Assembly (NCBI GenBank): GCA_963813335.1
Contig: CAWEYL010000003.1
Location: forward strand, 384,001-448,000
DNA from: an uncultured Chloroflexia bacterium
GTDB taxonomy: Bacteria; Chloroflexota; Limnocylindria; Limnocylindrales; CSP1-4
Length of the DNA: 64,000 nt
Direction: 5' to 3'
Below are positions 20,047 to 30,789 of the stretch, piece by piece (position 1 is the stretch's first letter; each line of letters begins with the position of its first letter). The translations under genes were made by a program, and so were the position numbers. Under the pieces are notes generated by a model. The model ran no database searches. It saw only the letters and a list, made by a program, of their open reading frames with translations, and was not told the DNA's origin.

Positions 20047-21432
20047 TCAGCGCGGCCGGGCGGCGGCCGCCCGGACCAGTCGCCGGTACGCCTCCGCGGC
20101 GGCGGCCCAGCTGAACTCGGCGCGGGCCGTGGCCCGGATGGCCGCGCGCCACGCCGCACGCTCGGCGGGCGGGCGGTCGACGACCGCGGCGATCGCCGCG
20201 GCCAGGTCGTCCGGCCGGAGCGAGCGCGCCACGACCCCCAGGTCGCGCGAGGTGACCAGCCGCTCCATGACGGGCAGGCCCGGCCCGATGACGACCGGCG
20301 TCCCCGCCGCGATCGACTCCCAGAACTTGTTCGGCGTCGCGTGCCGCTGGTTGTAGGAGATGGGCGGCAGCGGCACGAGCGAGACGTCGGCCGAGGCGGT
20401 CCAGGCGGCGAGGTCGTCGGGGTGGACCGGCGGCAGCGTGAAGTGGCGCCCGACGAACCGCGGATCGGCGTCACGCGCCTGGGAACGCGCCCGCCAGCGC
20501 CCGAAGCCGATCAGCACCAGCGCCGCGTCGGGAACGGCGAGGACGGCCTCGGCCGCCTCGTCGAGCCCGAGGTTGGGTCCCAGGCGTCCCTGGAACAGGA
20601 CGATCCTGGTGTCGGGCGGGAGCGAGAGGGCCGCCCGGATCCGGTCGTGGTCGCCGTCATCCACCGTGCCGGCCTCGGGGTAGTTGGGGACGACGAGCAG
20701 GGGCTCCGCCAGGCGCCAGCGCGCCTGGAGCCGTTCCGCCAGGGCGTCGTTGACCGTCATCCGGGCGTCGGACCGCGCAGCCCAGCCACGCTCTCGGCGG
20801 GCGTGCCAGGCGCGGAACGGCCGCGGCATGCCCAGGACGTTGTTGCCTTCGAAGACGTCGTCGATGGCGTCGTAGATGACCGTCGCCCGACCGCCGCCGC
20901 GCTCGCGGGCCGCCAGCGCCGGCGCGATGGCGAGGCTGCCGAACGCGTGATAGAGGTCCGCCGGCGGCAGCTCCCGGTCCAGCGTCCGCCACCAGCCGCG
21001 CACCGTGTGCGGCCAGAACGTCCAGCGGGCCAGCGCCATCACCCGGCGGCGGACCTTCGCGGCGATCCGCCGCGGGAGCCGGATCGCCCGCGCGGCGGCC
21101 GCCCGCGACCGGGAGCGCCGGGCGGGCGCGACCGCGGATGCCGCGGCCGCGGCGGGCGGCGGCGTCGGGACACCGCCCGGGCCCGTCTCGGGCGCCACGC
21201 CCTGGTGCCGTCCCGCCATGCCGGCGAACGGGCCGCTGGGCCGGTACCGGCGGATCTCGATGGCACCGTCCGATTCGCGCTCGGGGAGTCCGTCCACGGC
21301 GACCGCCGCGATCTCCACGGCGTAGCCCTCCGACGCGAGGGCGCGGGCGATGCGCAGACCGCGCGAATACGGCGCGGCGGGATTGCCCACCAGCACCACC
21401 GCACGCCGACCCGTCGAGGTCGCCGCCCTCAC
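20047..21432 (-). CDS. Glycosyltransferase family 4
   Basis: FQGRL, TPNKFWESIAAGTPV. Confidence 0.88.
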   Translation of the reverse strand: MRAATSTGRRAVVLVGNPAAPYSRGLRIARALASEGYAVEIAAVAVDGLPERESDGAIEIRRYRPSGPFAGMAGRHQGVAPETGPGGVPTPPPAAAAASAVAPARRSRSRAAAARAIRLPRRIAAKVRRRVMALARWTFWPHTVRGWWRTLDRELPPADLYHAFGSLAIAPALAARERGGGRATVIYDAIDDVFEGNNVLGMPRPFRAWHARRERGWAARSDARMTVNDALAERLQARWRLAEPLLVVPNYPEAGTVDDGDHDRIRAALSLPPDTRIVLFQGRLGPNLGLDEAAEAVLAVPDAALVLIGFGRWRARSQARDADPRFVGRHFTLPPVHPDDLAAWTASADVSLVPLPPISYNQRHATPNKFWESIAAGTPVVIGPGLPVMERLVTSRDLGVVARSLRPDDLAAAIAAVVDRPPAERAAWRAAIRATARAEFSWAAAAEAYRRLVRAAAARPR

Positions 21433-21439
21433 CCGGCCG

Positions 21440-22892
21440 TCACCAGGGCTTCCCGGTCAGCCGGCCGTACTCGGCCAGCAGGATCCCGACCTGGTCCTCC
21501 CAGTTGTACTCGGTGTGCGACGCCTCAAGGCCGCGCCGCCCATAGGCGAGCCGGTCCTCGTCGCCCGCGTCGAGGATCTCGCGCAGGGCTGCCGCGATGG
21601 CGACGCGGTCCGTCGGATCGCACAGGACCCCGCAGCCGGTGGCGCGGACGATCGTCGCCATCCCGGGGAGGTCGCTCGCGACGACCGGGACGCCGGCGGC
21701 CATGGCCTCGAACAGCTTGTTGGGCGTCGTCAGCCGGTGGTTGAGCGTGGAGGGCTGGATCGGCATCGCGGCGACGTCGGCGCAGGCGACCCAGTCGAGC
21801 AGCTCCTCGGGGCGGACCGCGGGAAGCACGTGGATCCTGCCCGCCGATTCGGGGGCCGCCGCGCGCTCGCGGAGGACGGTCTCGAGGACGCCGTAGCCCA
21901 TCAGGACGAGGGTCGCGGACGGGACCGCCGCGATGGCGTCCATCAGCTCCTCGATCCCGCGGTTCGGGAAGAGCCCACCGTGGTACAGGACGACGCGCTG
22001 GTCGGGAGCGAGGCCGAGGACGTCGTGGAACCGCCGCTCGCGCGGCTCGGGCGGGAAGAAGCGGTAGGAGCAGTTCATGACGATGAGCGGCAGCGGGACG
22101 CCGAAGCGCTCGGCCATGACCTCGGCGTACGGCTCGGTTCACCGTGATGACGCGGTCGGCGCGGTGCGCCCAGCCGCGCTCGGCGCGCGCGAGGACCCAG
22201 CGCGCGGGACCACGCATCCGGGCCAGGTTGCGCGCCTCGAGGTAGATGTCGCGCGCGTCGTAGACCACCCGCCCGCCGTGCCGGCGCCCCAGGTCGAGCG
22301 CGACCGGGATGCCCATGTACGCCATGCCGTGGTACAGGTCGGCCGCCGGCGCGACGACCCGCGCGCGGCGGACGTGCGAGCGGATGGTCAGCGGGATCGC
22401 CGCGCGCCGGATGGTGCCGGCCACGATCCGCCGCGGCAGGGATGCCCGCCTGGCCGATGCGGCAGGCGCGGGCGGGGCCGACGGCGTCGCGGTCGGGTCG
22501 TCGCCGAGCGTCGTGCCCGGCCCGGTGGCGGCAGCGGCGGTGGCGGATGGCGCGGTGGCGGCAGAGGTCGGACCGGGTGCCGGCGATCGCCCGACCGCCC
22601 CGCGGCTCCAGGCCACGATGCGCCGCAGCATCCCTTGCAGCCACGGGAACGGCACGCCGTCGGCCGCGGTGGGCGCAACGCGCAGGATGCGATACCCGGC
22701 GGGATGCTCCTCCTCCGCGACGGTGCCCGCGGTCTGGCGGGCGAGCACCGTCACGGTGTGGCCGCGCGCCACCAGGGTGCTGGCGATCCGATAGGTGCGC
22801 GAGTCGTACTCGCCGGTCGAGGGAAGGACGAGCACCGCGCGTTGGCGGACGGGTGCGCGACCGTCGACGGCCGAGGGGGGCATCGGGGTCAT
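21440..22892 (-). CDS. Glycosyltransferase family 4; frameshift near 22137
   Basis: DSRTYRIASTL, VYDARDIY, then TPNKLFEAMAAGVPVV in another frame. Confidence 0.85.
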
Positions 22893-24622
22893 CGTCCCAC
22901 AGCGTCCGCCGACGCGTCCTGCCGATCCGCCAGCCAGCGGAGCGAGCCGGGCGCGAGATCGTCGACCGCGGCCGAGCCGAGGGCATCGAGCACGGCGGCC
23001 ACGTCGTCGGCGTCGGCCGCCACGATGACCGGCCGGCCAGCGCCGGCGGCCGCGCGGACGTCGCTCCAGGTCGACCGGATCGAGGCGTGGAGGTCGGTCG
23101 TCCGATCCGGCGCGGGTGCCGGTCCGGCGCCGGGCAAGGAACGGGCGATCCGGCCCAGGGCGCGTGTCGCGAGCCCGGGCGCGGCGGCCGGGGTCGGAGC
23201 CCCGACCACGCGGACCGGGAGGGCGGTGCGGACCGGGAGCGCCGCGACGCGCGCGGCTGAGGACGGACGGGTGGCGACCACCATCGCCGAGCCGGGTTCG
23301 ACGCCGGGTCCCGAGGCATCCAGTCCCGGCCGCGCGGCCTCCGCTGTGGAGTCCATCGCCGACACGGGCCGCGCGGCGTCGTACACCGCGGCCGTGGCCG
23401 CCAGCACGGCATCCGGCCCGAATCGCGCCACGACGTCGCGACGGAGCCCGGCCCGGTCGATGGCGTCGATCCGGTCGCGGAGGGCCACGATCGCCTCGGC
23501 GAGGGCCTCGGGTCCGGGCGCGAGCGCGATCTCGCCGGCCGATCCGTCCGACCCGACGATCTCGGGCACGCCGCCGGACGGGGTCGCGGCGACCGGGAGA
23601 CCCGACGCGAGGGCCTCCGCGGCGACCATCCCGAACGTCTCCCACGGGCTGGCATGGACGAACAGGCCAGCGTGCCGCATCGCCCGGGCCACGGCCTCGC
23701 GCTCGGCCGCCGGCTCGACCACCACCGCGTCGCCGATCGAGAGCTCGCGGACGAGGGCCGCCCAGCGCGCCGACTCGGCCGCCGTCGCGCCTCCGATCAT
23801 CCGGAGGTGGAGCGCCGGTCGTCGGGCGCGGGCGATGGCGGCGGCGCGCAGGAGCGTCTCGATGCCCTTGTGCTCGGCGAGGGCACCCACCCACAGCAGC
23901 TCGTCATCGTCGCGCGGTTCCCCCGACGGGGCCGGGAATCGATCGAGCGGGACGAGGTTCGGCAGGACGGCCAGCGCCGGGACCGGGACGCCGGAACCCG
24001 CCATCGCGGCGCCGATCCGGTCGGCCAGGGCGCGGCTCACCGCGACGACCTGGGCCGAGGCCACGAGGCGCTGGTACGCGGCCGCGGCGCCCTCGTTCGA
24101 CAGCCGCCCGGGGAGCGTGGAGTCGTACTCGGTGACGACCAGCGGCAGGCCCAGCTCGCTCGCGAGGGACAGGGCGGCGAGGCCGTCCGGGAGCCCCGTG
24201 TGGGCGTGGATCAGCTCGAGCGGCCGGCCCGCGCGGACCGCCCGCGCGGCGTGGGCGCGCCCGAACGCCGCGAGGACCCCGGCGTGGCGTGCCGCCTGCT
24301 CGACGGCCTCCGAGCCGTCCGTCGGGCCCCAGGTCCGGACGACCGGCAGCCTGGCGACCCCGATGCCGGCCACGCCACGGTCGTGCGACGGGGTCAGCGC
24401 CGACGGGTCCGACACGGCGCGGGCCCAGGCGGCCTCCGCGACGGCCAGGCGGCGCGCTCGCTCGGCACTGCCGCCGCCGACCTGCACGGTCTCGAACGAC
24501 GCCACGTCGACCTCGGTCCCCGAAGCGCGGAGCGCGGCCACGTGATCGGCGACGAAGGACCCCCGGCCCGGCATGTCGTGGGACGGGAAGCCGCGCGCGA
24601 CCACGAGGACGCGGCGGATCAC
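22889..24622 (-). CDS. Glycosyltransferase family 4 with C-terminal extension
   Basis: HAHTG, KGIETLL, ETFGMVAAEALASG. Confidence 0.87.
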   Translation of the reverse strand: MIRRVLVVARGFPSHDMPGRGSFVADHVAALRASGTEVDVASFETVQVGGGSAERARRLAVAEAAWARAVSDPSALTPSHDRGVAGIGVARLPVVRTWGPTDGSEAVEQAARHAGVLAAFGRAHAARAVRAGRPLELIHAHTGLPDGLAALSLASELGLPLVVTEYDSTLPGRLSNEGAAAAYQRLVASAQVVAVSRALADRIGAAMAGSGVPVPALAVLPNLVPLDRFPAPSGEPRDDDELLWVGALAEHKGIETLLRAAAIARARRPALHLRMIGGATAAESARWAALVRELSIGDAVVVEPAAEREAVARAMRHAGLFVHASPWETFGMVAAEALASGLPVAATPSGGVPEIVGSDGSAGEIALAPGPEALAEAIVALRDRIDAIDRAGLRRDVVARFGPDAVLAATAAVYDAARPVSAMDSTAEAARPGLDASGPGVEPGSAMVVATRPSSAARVAALPVRTALPVRVVGAPTPAAAPGLATRALGRIARSLPGAGPAPAPDRTTDLHASIRSTWSDVRAAAGAGRPVIVAADADDVAAVLDALGSAAVDDLAPGSLRWLADRQDASADAVGR

Positions 24623-26094
24623 CGGGACGCCGCCAGGGCCGGGCCGGACGCTGCGCTCAGGCCGTCGTAGACGGCGAGCAGCCGGGCCGACTCGAGCTCC
24701 CAGTTCCAGCGCTCCCGGGCCGCGTGCTGGCAGCGCCGGCGCAGGTCCGCCGCCGCCGCGGGATCGAGGGCCAGGATCTCGCCGAGCGCACGGGCGAGGT
24801 CCCTGGGCCGCGTCGGGTCGCAGACCCGCCCGAGCGGCCCGTCCGGGTCGTCGATCACGATCGCCCGTCGCTCGGGGAAGTCGCTCCCGACCACCGGTGT
24901 CCCGACGGCGAGGCTCTCGAACAGCTTGTTGGGCGTCGACGACCGCTCGTTCAGCGTCCGCGGCTGGTTGGGCATCGCCGACACGTCGGCGGAGGCCACC
25001 CAGTCCAGGAGCGAGTCGGGCGGGACCGCCGGCAGCACGTGGAGCCGGCCCTCGAAGCGGGCCTCGGACGCGAGGCCCTGCAGCGTGCCTTGCAGCGGCC
25101 CGGACCCCATGAAGACGAGGTGGGCCGTGCGGACCGCGGGCTCGAGCATCGCCTCGGCGAGGACCTGGAGGCCGCGGTCGCGCAGGAACCCGCCGTGGTA
25201 GAGGATGACGCCGGCTGCGGGCGGGATGCCGGCGGCGGCCCGGAGCAGGTCCGGGCGCGGGTCGCGGACGGGCTGGCGCGGCGGCGTGTTCCGGACGATC
25301 ACGGCCGGCGGTCCGCCGTATCGCCGTTGCAGCTCGTCGGCGATCGTCCGGTTCACCGTGACGATGGCCGCGACCGCATGGATCGAACGTCGCTCCTCGG
25401 CGGCGAGGATGCGCTTCAGCCACCACGGTCGGTCCGCGGTGTCGCCCGCCTCGACGAACAGCTCGTGGCTGTCGTAGACCACCGACGCCGTCCCGCCCTG
25501 GCGGCGCGCCGCCCGGAGGGCCGCCAGCAGGCCCGTCAGGTCGTGCCCGTGATGGACCTCCGCCGGCGGCGCAGCAGCCGCGCTGGCGTCCGCCCAGCCG
25601 TGGACCGACAGCCGCCACCACGCGAGCCGGTCGAGCCCGTCCACGTGGCCATGCGGCCGTGGCTGGGCACGGCCGCTCAGCATGTAGCGGATGGCCTGGA
25701 CCGCCGTGTACGGGAGGGTGACCAGGGCGAGGCCAGCGGTCGTGACCGCCGGGCCAACACCCGCCGACCCGCGGCCCGCCGCCCGCCGGATCTCGCCCGG
25801 CACGGTCCTCAGCGCGCGCCAGGGGTAGTAGCGCATGTCGCGCCAGCGCCGGCTCCAGTCGCCCGGGGACGGGGTTCGGATGATGGCGATGCCGTCGCGG
25901 ACCTCCGTCGCCGGCGGCCCGCCGTCGCCTCGGCCGGTCGCCAGGTGGGCCATGATCGTGACCGACCACCCGGCGTCACGCAGGGTCGCCGCCTCGCGCA
26001 GGACCCGGATGTCCGTCGTGCAGTCGTTGCGCACGTACATGACCGCGCGGCGGGCGACTCCCGGCGTCGCGGTGTCCGCCACGTGGTCCGCCAC
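24619..26094 (-). CDS. Glycosyltransferase family 4
   Basis: DIRVLREAATL, YDSHE, TPNKLFESLAVGTPVV. Confidence 0.88.
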   Translation of the reverse strand: MADHVADTATPGVARRAVMYVRNDCTTDIRVLREAATLRDAGWSVTIMAHLATGRGDGGPPATEVRDGIAIIRTPSPGDWSRRWRDMRYYPWRALRTVPGEIRRAAGRGSAGVGPAVTTAGLALVTLPYTAVQAIRYMLSGRAQPRPHGHVDGLDRLAWWRLSVHGWADASAAAAPPAEVHHGHDLTGLLAALRAARRQGGTASVVYDSHELFVEAGDTADRPWWLKRILAAEERRSIHAVAAIVTVNRTIADELQRRYGGPPAVIVRNTPPRQPVRDPRPDLLRAAAGIPPAAGVILYHGGFLRDRGLQVLAEAMLEPAVRTAHLVFMGSGPLQGTLQGLASEARFEGRLHVLPAVPPDSLLDWVASADVSAMPNQPRTLNERSSTPNKLFESLAVGTPVVGSDFPERRAIVIDDPDGPLGRVCDPTRPRDLARALGEILALDPAAAADLRRRCQHAARERWNWELESARLLAVYDGLSAASGPALAASR

Positions 26095-26096
26095 GC

Positions 26097-27188
26097 TCAG
26101 CCGAATGCCCCGACGATGGCGTCGACGGCACCCGACGGCGCCAGCTCGACGGTCCGTGCCCGGTCCTCGGCACGCCGTCCCGCCTCGGTTTCCGGGGCGA
26201 GCCGCGCCAGCTCGGCCACCGCGCGGTCGCGGTCGAGCCCGATCACGACCATCCGCCCGTCGGACCCGGCGACGGCCTCCACCCACTCGGTCGTGCCGCG
26301 CAGGACCAGGCACGGCACGCCCAGCCAGGCCGCCTCGCGCTGGACCCCGCCAGAATCGGTCAGGACGGCCGCGGCGTGGAGCTGCAGCGCGAGGGTCGTG
26401 CGGTAGCCCTGCGGCTCGACGACGCGCACGTCGGCGGGCAGGGCGATGCCGGCCTGTTCGAGGGCGACCCGCGTCCCCGGGTGGAGCGCCAGGATGACCG
26501 GCCGCCGCGGCGTCGCGACGGCGCCGAGGAGGGCCGCCCAGGCCGTCATCGCCGCGACCGAGCGGTTCTCCGCCCGGTGGATGGTGGCGAAGCAGTAGCC
26601 GCCGGGACGGAGCCCGGGGTCGAGCGCCGCCAGCGCCCCGGGGTCGCGGATGGCCGGCACGGTCCGGGCGGCCAGGTCCTGCATGACGTCGCCGACCTCG
26701 GTCACGCCGTCCACGATCCCCTCGGCGGCGAGGTTGGCCACGGCGGTGGGCGTCGGCGCGAAGAGCCAGCTCGACAGGTGGTCGGCGACGACCCGGTTGA
26801 CCTCCTCCGGCATGCGCCGGTCGAAGGAGCGCAGCCCCGCCTCGACATGCGCGACCGGGACGTTCAGCTTGGCGGCGACGAGCGCGCCCGCCAGCGTCGA
26901 GTTCGTGTCGCCGTAGACCAGGACGGCGTCGGCGTTCGCGTCGCGGACGATCGGCTCGAGCGCCGCGAGCATCCGGGCCGTCTGCTCGGCCTGGCCGCCG
27001 CCGCCGATCCCCAGGCCGTGATCGGGTCGGGGCAGGCCGAGCTCGGCGAAGAACGCGCCGGCCATCGCCTCGTCCCAGTGCTGGCCGGTGTCGACGAGGA
27101 TCTCCTCGTGGCGGGCGCGCAGGACCGGCGTGAGCGCGGCTGCCTTGATGAGCTGGGGCCGCGTCCCGACGACGCTGACGATGCGCAT
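26097..27188 (-). CDS. wecB: Non-hydrolysing UDP-GlcNAc 2-epimerase family (WecB/WbpI-like)
   Basis: GTRPQLIK, TGQH, HVEAGLRS, TDSGGVQREA. Confidence 0.92.
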   Translation of the reverse strand: MRIVSVVGTRPQLIKAAALTPVLRARHEEILVDTGQHWDEAMAGAFFAELGLPRPDHGLGIGGGGQAEQTARMLAALEPIVRDANADAVLVYGDTNSTLAGALVAAKLNVPVAHVEAGLRSFDRRMPEEVNRVVADHLSSWLFAPTPTAVANLAAEGIVDGVTEVGDVMQDLAARTVPAIRDPGALAALDPGLRPGGYCFATIHRAENRSVAAMTAWAALLGAVATPRRPVILALHPGTRVALEQAGIALPADVRVVEPQGYRTTLALQLHAAAVLTDSGGVQREAAWLGVPCLVLRGTTEWVEAVAGSDGRMVVIGLDRDRAVAELARLAPETEAGRRAEDRARTVELAPSGAVDAIVGAFG

Positions 27189-27209
27189 GCCCAGAGGGTA
27201 GGCCGTCCG

Positions 27210-28655
27210 CTACGGGACGGGGACGCCGCCAGGTCGACCCCCGGTCCCGACACCCTGGAACCCGACCGACGCCGGGAGGGCCGCTCCCAGGTCCGCGAGG
27301 CTGTTGCGGCCGTCGTAGACCATCGCGAGGTTCGGGAACCAATCGGGGTCGAGCTCCCGCCAGAGCGGGTCCGCCGTCTGGGTCACGATGGCCCGGACGC
27401 CGGGTGCGGGCTCGCCCCACGGCCACGGCGTGGCGCCGGTCCGGGCGATCTCTTCGTCGCTGAGCAGCGGGTCGTGGGCCAGGACGTGCGCCCCGGCGAG
27501 GACCAGCCGCTCGATGAGCGGCATCGCCCGCGAGTAGGCGAGCTCCTTGACCCCGTGCCGGTAGGTGAGCCCGAGGACGAGGACCTCGACGCCGTCGAGC
27601 CCGCCGAGGGCGAGCTGCAGGCTGCGGATGGCGACGCCGACCTGGCCGTCGTTGACCCGCCGGCTGAGGGCGACGATCTCGAGCTCCGGCGCCCGGTCGA
27701 GGAGGAAGTGCGGGTAGACCGGGATGCAGTGCCCGCCCACGCCGATGCCCGGCTGGTGGATGTGGCTGTACGGCTGGCTGTTCGCGGCGGCGATGACCTC
27801 GGTGATGTCCACGCCGATGCGGTCGGCGTAGCGGCTGAACTCGTTGGCCAGCGCGATGTTGACGTCGCGATAGGTCGTGTCGGCCAGCTTGGCGAACTCG
27901 GCGGCCTCGGCCGAGCTCATGGCCACGACCTCGGCGTCGAGCACGCTCTCGTAGAAGGCCGCCGCCCGCGCGGTGCCGGCCGGGCCGAGCCCGCCCACGA
28001 GCTTGGGGTAGGTGGCCAGGTTGACGAGGGCCGCGCCGCTGTACAACCGTTCCGGCGAGAAGGCGACGTAGAAGTCGTCGGTGTCGGCGCCGCTCGAATG
28101 CAGGCCGGTGACGGCCTCGAGGCGCGGCGCATACCGGCCGCGCGTATCCCCGATCGGCAGGGTGGTCTCGAAGATGACCGTCGAACCGGCGTGGACGCCG
28201 GGCGCGATCGCCTCGACCGCCGAATCCATCCAGCGGTGGTCGGGCCGCGACTCATCGTCGAGGATGACCGGGACGATGAGCACGACGACATCGGCGGCCG
28301 CGGCGGCCTCACCGCCGTCGAGCGTGGCGCGCAGCCGGCCCTCGCCGTGCGCGTCGCGGACCAGGTCCGCGAGGCCGGGCTCCTCGCCCACGTGCGACTG
28401 CCCGGCATTGATCGAGTCGACGACGCGCGGGTCGATGTCGACCGCGATGACCGACCAGCCGTGCGAGGCGAACTGCCCGGCGAGCGGCAGGCCCATCTTG
28501 CCGGCACCGACGACCGCGACGGTCCCGGCCGTGCCGGGCTCGCCGACCCACGGCGACACGAGCCGGGCGGCGCCGTGGCGGCACGGGCTGGGCGGCAGCG
28601 AGATCGATCCGCCCAGGAGGCTGCTGGTCGTGCTGGGTCGCGTGCTCGGGCTCAT
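27210..28655 (-). CDS. Second UDP-N-acetylhexosamine dehydrogenase
   Basis: GAGKMG, ETTLP, SPER, GVGGHCIPVYP. Confidence 0.9.
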   Translation of the reverse strand: MSPSTRPSTTSSLLGGSISLPPSPCRHGAARLVSPWVGEPGTAGTVAVVGAGKMGLPLAGQFASHGWSVIAVDIDPRVVDSINAGQSHVGEEPGLADLVRDAHGEGRLRATLDGGEAAAAADVVVLIVPVILDDESRPDHRWMDSAVEAIAPGVHAGSTVIFETTLPIGDTRGRYAPRLEAVTGLHSSGADTDDFYVAFSPERLYSGAALVNLATYPKLVGGLGPAGTARAAAFYESVLDAEVVAMSSAEAAEFAKLADTTYRDVNIALANEFSRYADRIGVDITEVIAAANSQPYSHIHQPGIGVGGHCIPVYPHFLLDRAPELEIVALSRRVNDGQVGVAIRSLQLALGGLDGVEVLVLGLTYRHGVKELAYSRAMPLIERLVLAGAHVLAHDPLLSDEEIARTGATPWPWGEPAPGVRAIVTQTADPLWRELDPDWFPNLAMVYDGRNSLADLGAALPASVGFQGVGTGGRPGGVPVP

Positions 28656-29683
28656 GCCGACACCAGCTCGACCGTCCGGCGGTCCTTCGCCGAGGTCAGG
28701 AGGGCATGCGCGAGGACGACGGCCCAGCGGCCGTCGTCGGCGTTCACGATCGGCCGGTCGCCGGTGCGCACGACGTGGATGAACGCCTCCAGCTCGGCCA
28801 GCAGCGGCTCCTCGTTCGAGACCGGGAGCTCGGCGACCTCGCCGGCGAACGTCGGCGCATAGCCGGCGATCAGCCGCGGGTTCGTCAGCTCGGACGAGCG
28901 GGTGAACGTGAGCCGCTGGGTGAGGAAATCGAGTTCGAACATGCCCTCCTCGCCGACGACGGTGAGCTGTCGTCGCTTCGCCGGGGTCAGCCAGTCGACA
29001 TCGAGCATCGCGACCGTGCCCGATTCGAAGGACATCAGCCCGAAGAGCAGGTCCTCGTGGTCGGCATGGATCCGCTGGGCGGTCTCCGCGAAGACGCGGA
29101 TGGGCCGCTCGCGGGCGATCCACGACAGGATGTCGACGTCATGGGTCGCGAGGTCGATGGTCACGCCGACGTCGCGGATGCGCGCCGGGAACGGGCCGGC
29201 ACGGCGGCTCGTGACCGCGTACACGGTGGAGAGCCAGCCGGCGCCGAGGAGCCGCCCGAGCTCGAGCACGGCCGGGTTGAAGCGCTCCACGTGGCCGACC
29301 TGGATGGGCACGCCCGTCGCCAGCGACGCGGCCACGATGGCCTCGGCCTCGGGTGGCGTGGCGGCCAGGGGCTTCTCGATCAGCGCCGCGATCCCGCGCT
29401 CGATGGCGGCCAGGGCCAGCCCGACGTGGGTCGTGGTCGGCGCCGCGATCACCACCGCGTCGAGCTCGGCCTCGGCCAGCAGCGCGAGCGGCTCCGCGAA
29501 CCCGAGGGCGCCGGTGGAGGCCGTGGCCGCCGCGAGGGCGGCCGCATCCGGGTCGGCGACCGCGACGAGCCGGGCGCCGTCCATCGAGGCGAGGATGCGA
29601 AGGTGGTTCCGTCCCATCGAGCCGAGCCCGATGAGCCCGACGCGGACCTCTCCGTCCCCCACCGGGGACCAGTGTGCCGTCAT
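28652..29683 (-). CDS. Gfo/Idh/MocA oxidoreductase (WbpB-like C3 dehydrogenase)
   Basis: GLGSMG, IEKP, GHVERFNPA, DLATHD; operon context. Confidence 0.88.
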   Translation of the reverse strand: MTAHWSPVGDGEVRVGLIGLGSMGRNHLRILASMDGARLVAVADPDAAALAAATASTGALGFAEPLALLAEAELDAVVIAAPTTTHVGLALAAIERGIAALIEKPLAATPPEAEAIVAASLATGVPIQVGHVERFNPAVLELGRLLGAGWLSTVYAVTSRRAGPFPARIRDVGVTIDLATHDVDILSWIARERPIRVFAETAQRIHADHEDLLFGLMSFESGTVAMLDVDWLTPAKRRQLTVVGEEGMFELDFLTQRLTFTRSSELTNPRLIAGYAPTFAGEVAELPVSNEEPLLAELEAFIHVVRTGDRPIVNADDGRWAVVLAHALLTSAKDRRTVELVSA

Positions 29684-30789
29684 CCGGCGGCGACGCCCTG
29701 GGCCGGTCGGCGGGTCGAGACCTGGTCGCGGACGGCGGCGATGACCTCGTCCTGGTCGGCTTCGCCGAGACCGGGGTACATCGGCAGCGACAGGGTCCGG
29801 GCGGCGGTCCGGTCCGTGACCGGGAGGTCGGCGTGGATGCCGCGCTCGAGCACGTACGGCTGGCGGTGGACCGGGATGGGGTAGTAGATGCCGGTGCCGA
29901 TGCCCGCGGCGGTCAGGCCCGTGATGATCTCGTCGCGCCGCTCGCCCACGTCCACCGTGTACTGGTGGAAGACGTGGACCCGGCCCTCAGGGGTGACCGG
30001 GGTCCCGATCGGCAGGTCCGCGAAGGCGGCGTCGTAGCGCGCGGCGATCGCCTGGCGCTTCGCGGTGTTGCGTGCCAGCTTGTCCAGCTGGCAGAGCCCG
30101 ATGACCGCGGCGATGTCGGTCAGGCGGAAGTTGTAGCCGAGGATCTCGTGGTGGTAGCGCTCGCGCATCCCCTGGTTGCGGTACAGGCGGATCCAGTCGG
30201 CCAGGCGGTCGTCGTCGGTGGTGATGAGGCCGCCCTCGCCGGTGGTCATGTTCTTCGTGCCGTACAGGCTGAAGGCGCCATGCCCGAAGCTGCCGACCCG
30301 CTTGCCGCGGAATTCGGCGCCGTGGGCCTGGCAGGCATCCTCCACGACGGCCAGGCCGTGGCGGTCGGCGATGGCCTGGATCATCGCCATGTCGGCCGGG
30401 AGGCCGAACAGGTGGACCGGGCAGATCGCGCGCGTCCGCGGCGTGATGGCCGCCTCGATCCGCGCCGCATCGATGACGTAGGTGTCGGGCTCGATGTCGA
30501 TGAAGACCGGCGTCGCCCCGGTGAACAGGATCGCGGACACGGTCGCGTTGAACGTGTGGCCGACGGTGATCACCTCGTCGCCGGGACCGAGGGCGAGGGC
30601 CTCGAAGATGGCCATCAGCGCGACGGTGCCGTTGGAGACCGCGATCGCGTGGCGGGTCCCGATGAACTCGGCCCAGCGTTCCTCGAGCTCGACGACACGC
30701 TTGCCGCCGGCCAGCATCCCGCTGCGCAGGACGGCCGTGACGGCCTCGACCTCCTCATCGCCGATATCGGGGCGCGCGACCGGGATCAT
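29680..30789 (-). CDS. DegT/DnrJ/EryC1 aminotransferase (WbpE-like)
   Basis: EDACQAHG, SLYGTKN, GEGG, GYNFR. Confidence 0.93.
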   Translation of the reverse strand: MIPVARPDIGDEEVEAVTAVLRSGMLAGGKRVVELEERWAEFIGTRHAIAVSNGTVALMAIFEALALGPGDEVITVGHTFNATVSAILFTGATPVFIDIEPDTYVIDAARIEAAITPRTRAICPVHLFGLPADMAMIQAIADRHGLAVVEDACQAHGAEFRGKRVGSFGHGAFSLYGTKNMTTGEGGLITTDDDRLADWIRLYRNQGMRERYHHEILGYNFRLTDIAAVIGLCQLDKLARNTAKRQAIAARYDAAFADLPIGTPVTPEGRVHVFHQYTVDVGERRDEIITGLTAAGIGTGIYYPIPVHRQPYVLERGIHADLPVTDRTAARTLSLPMYPGLGEADQDEVIAAVRDQVSTRRPAQGVAAG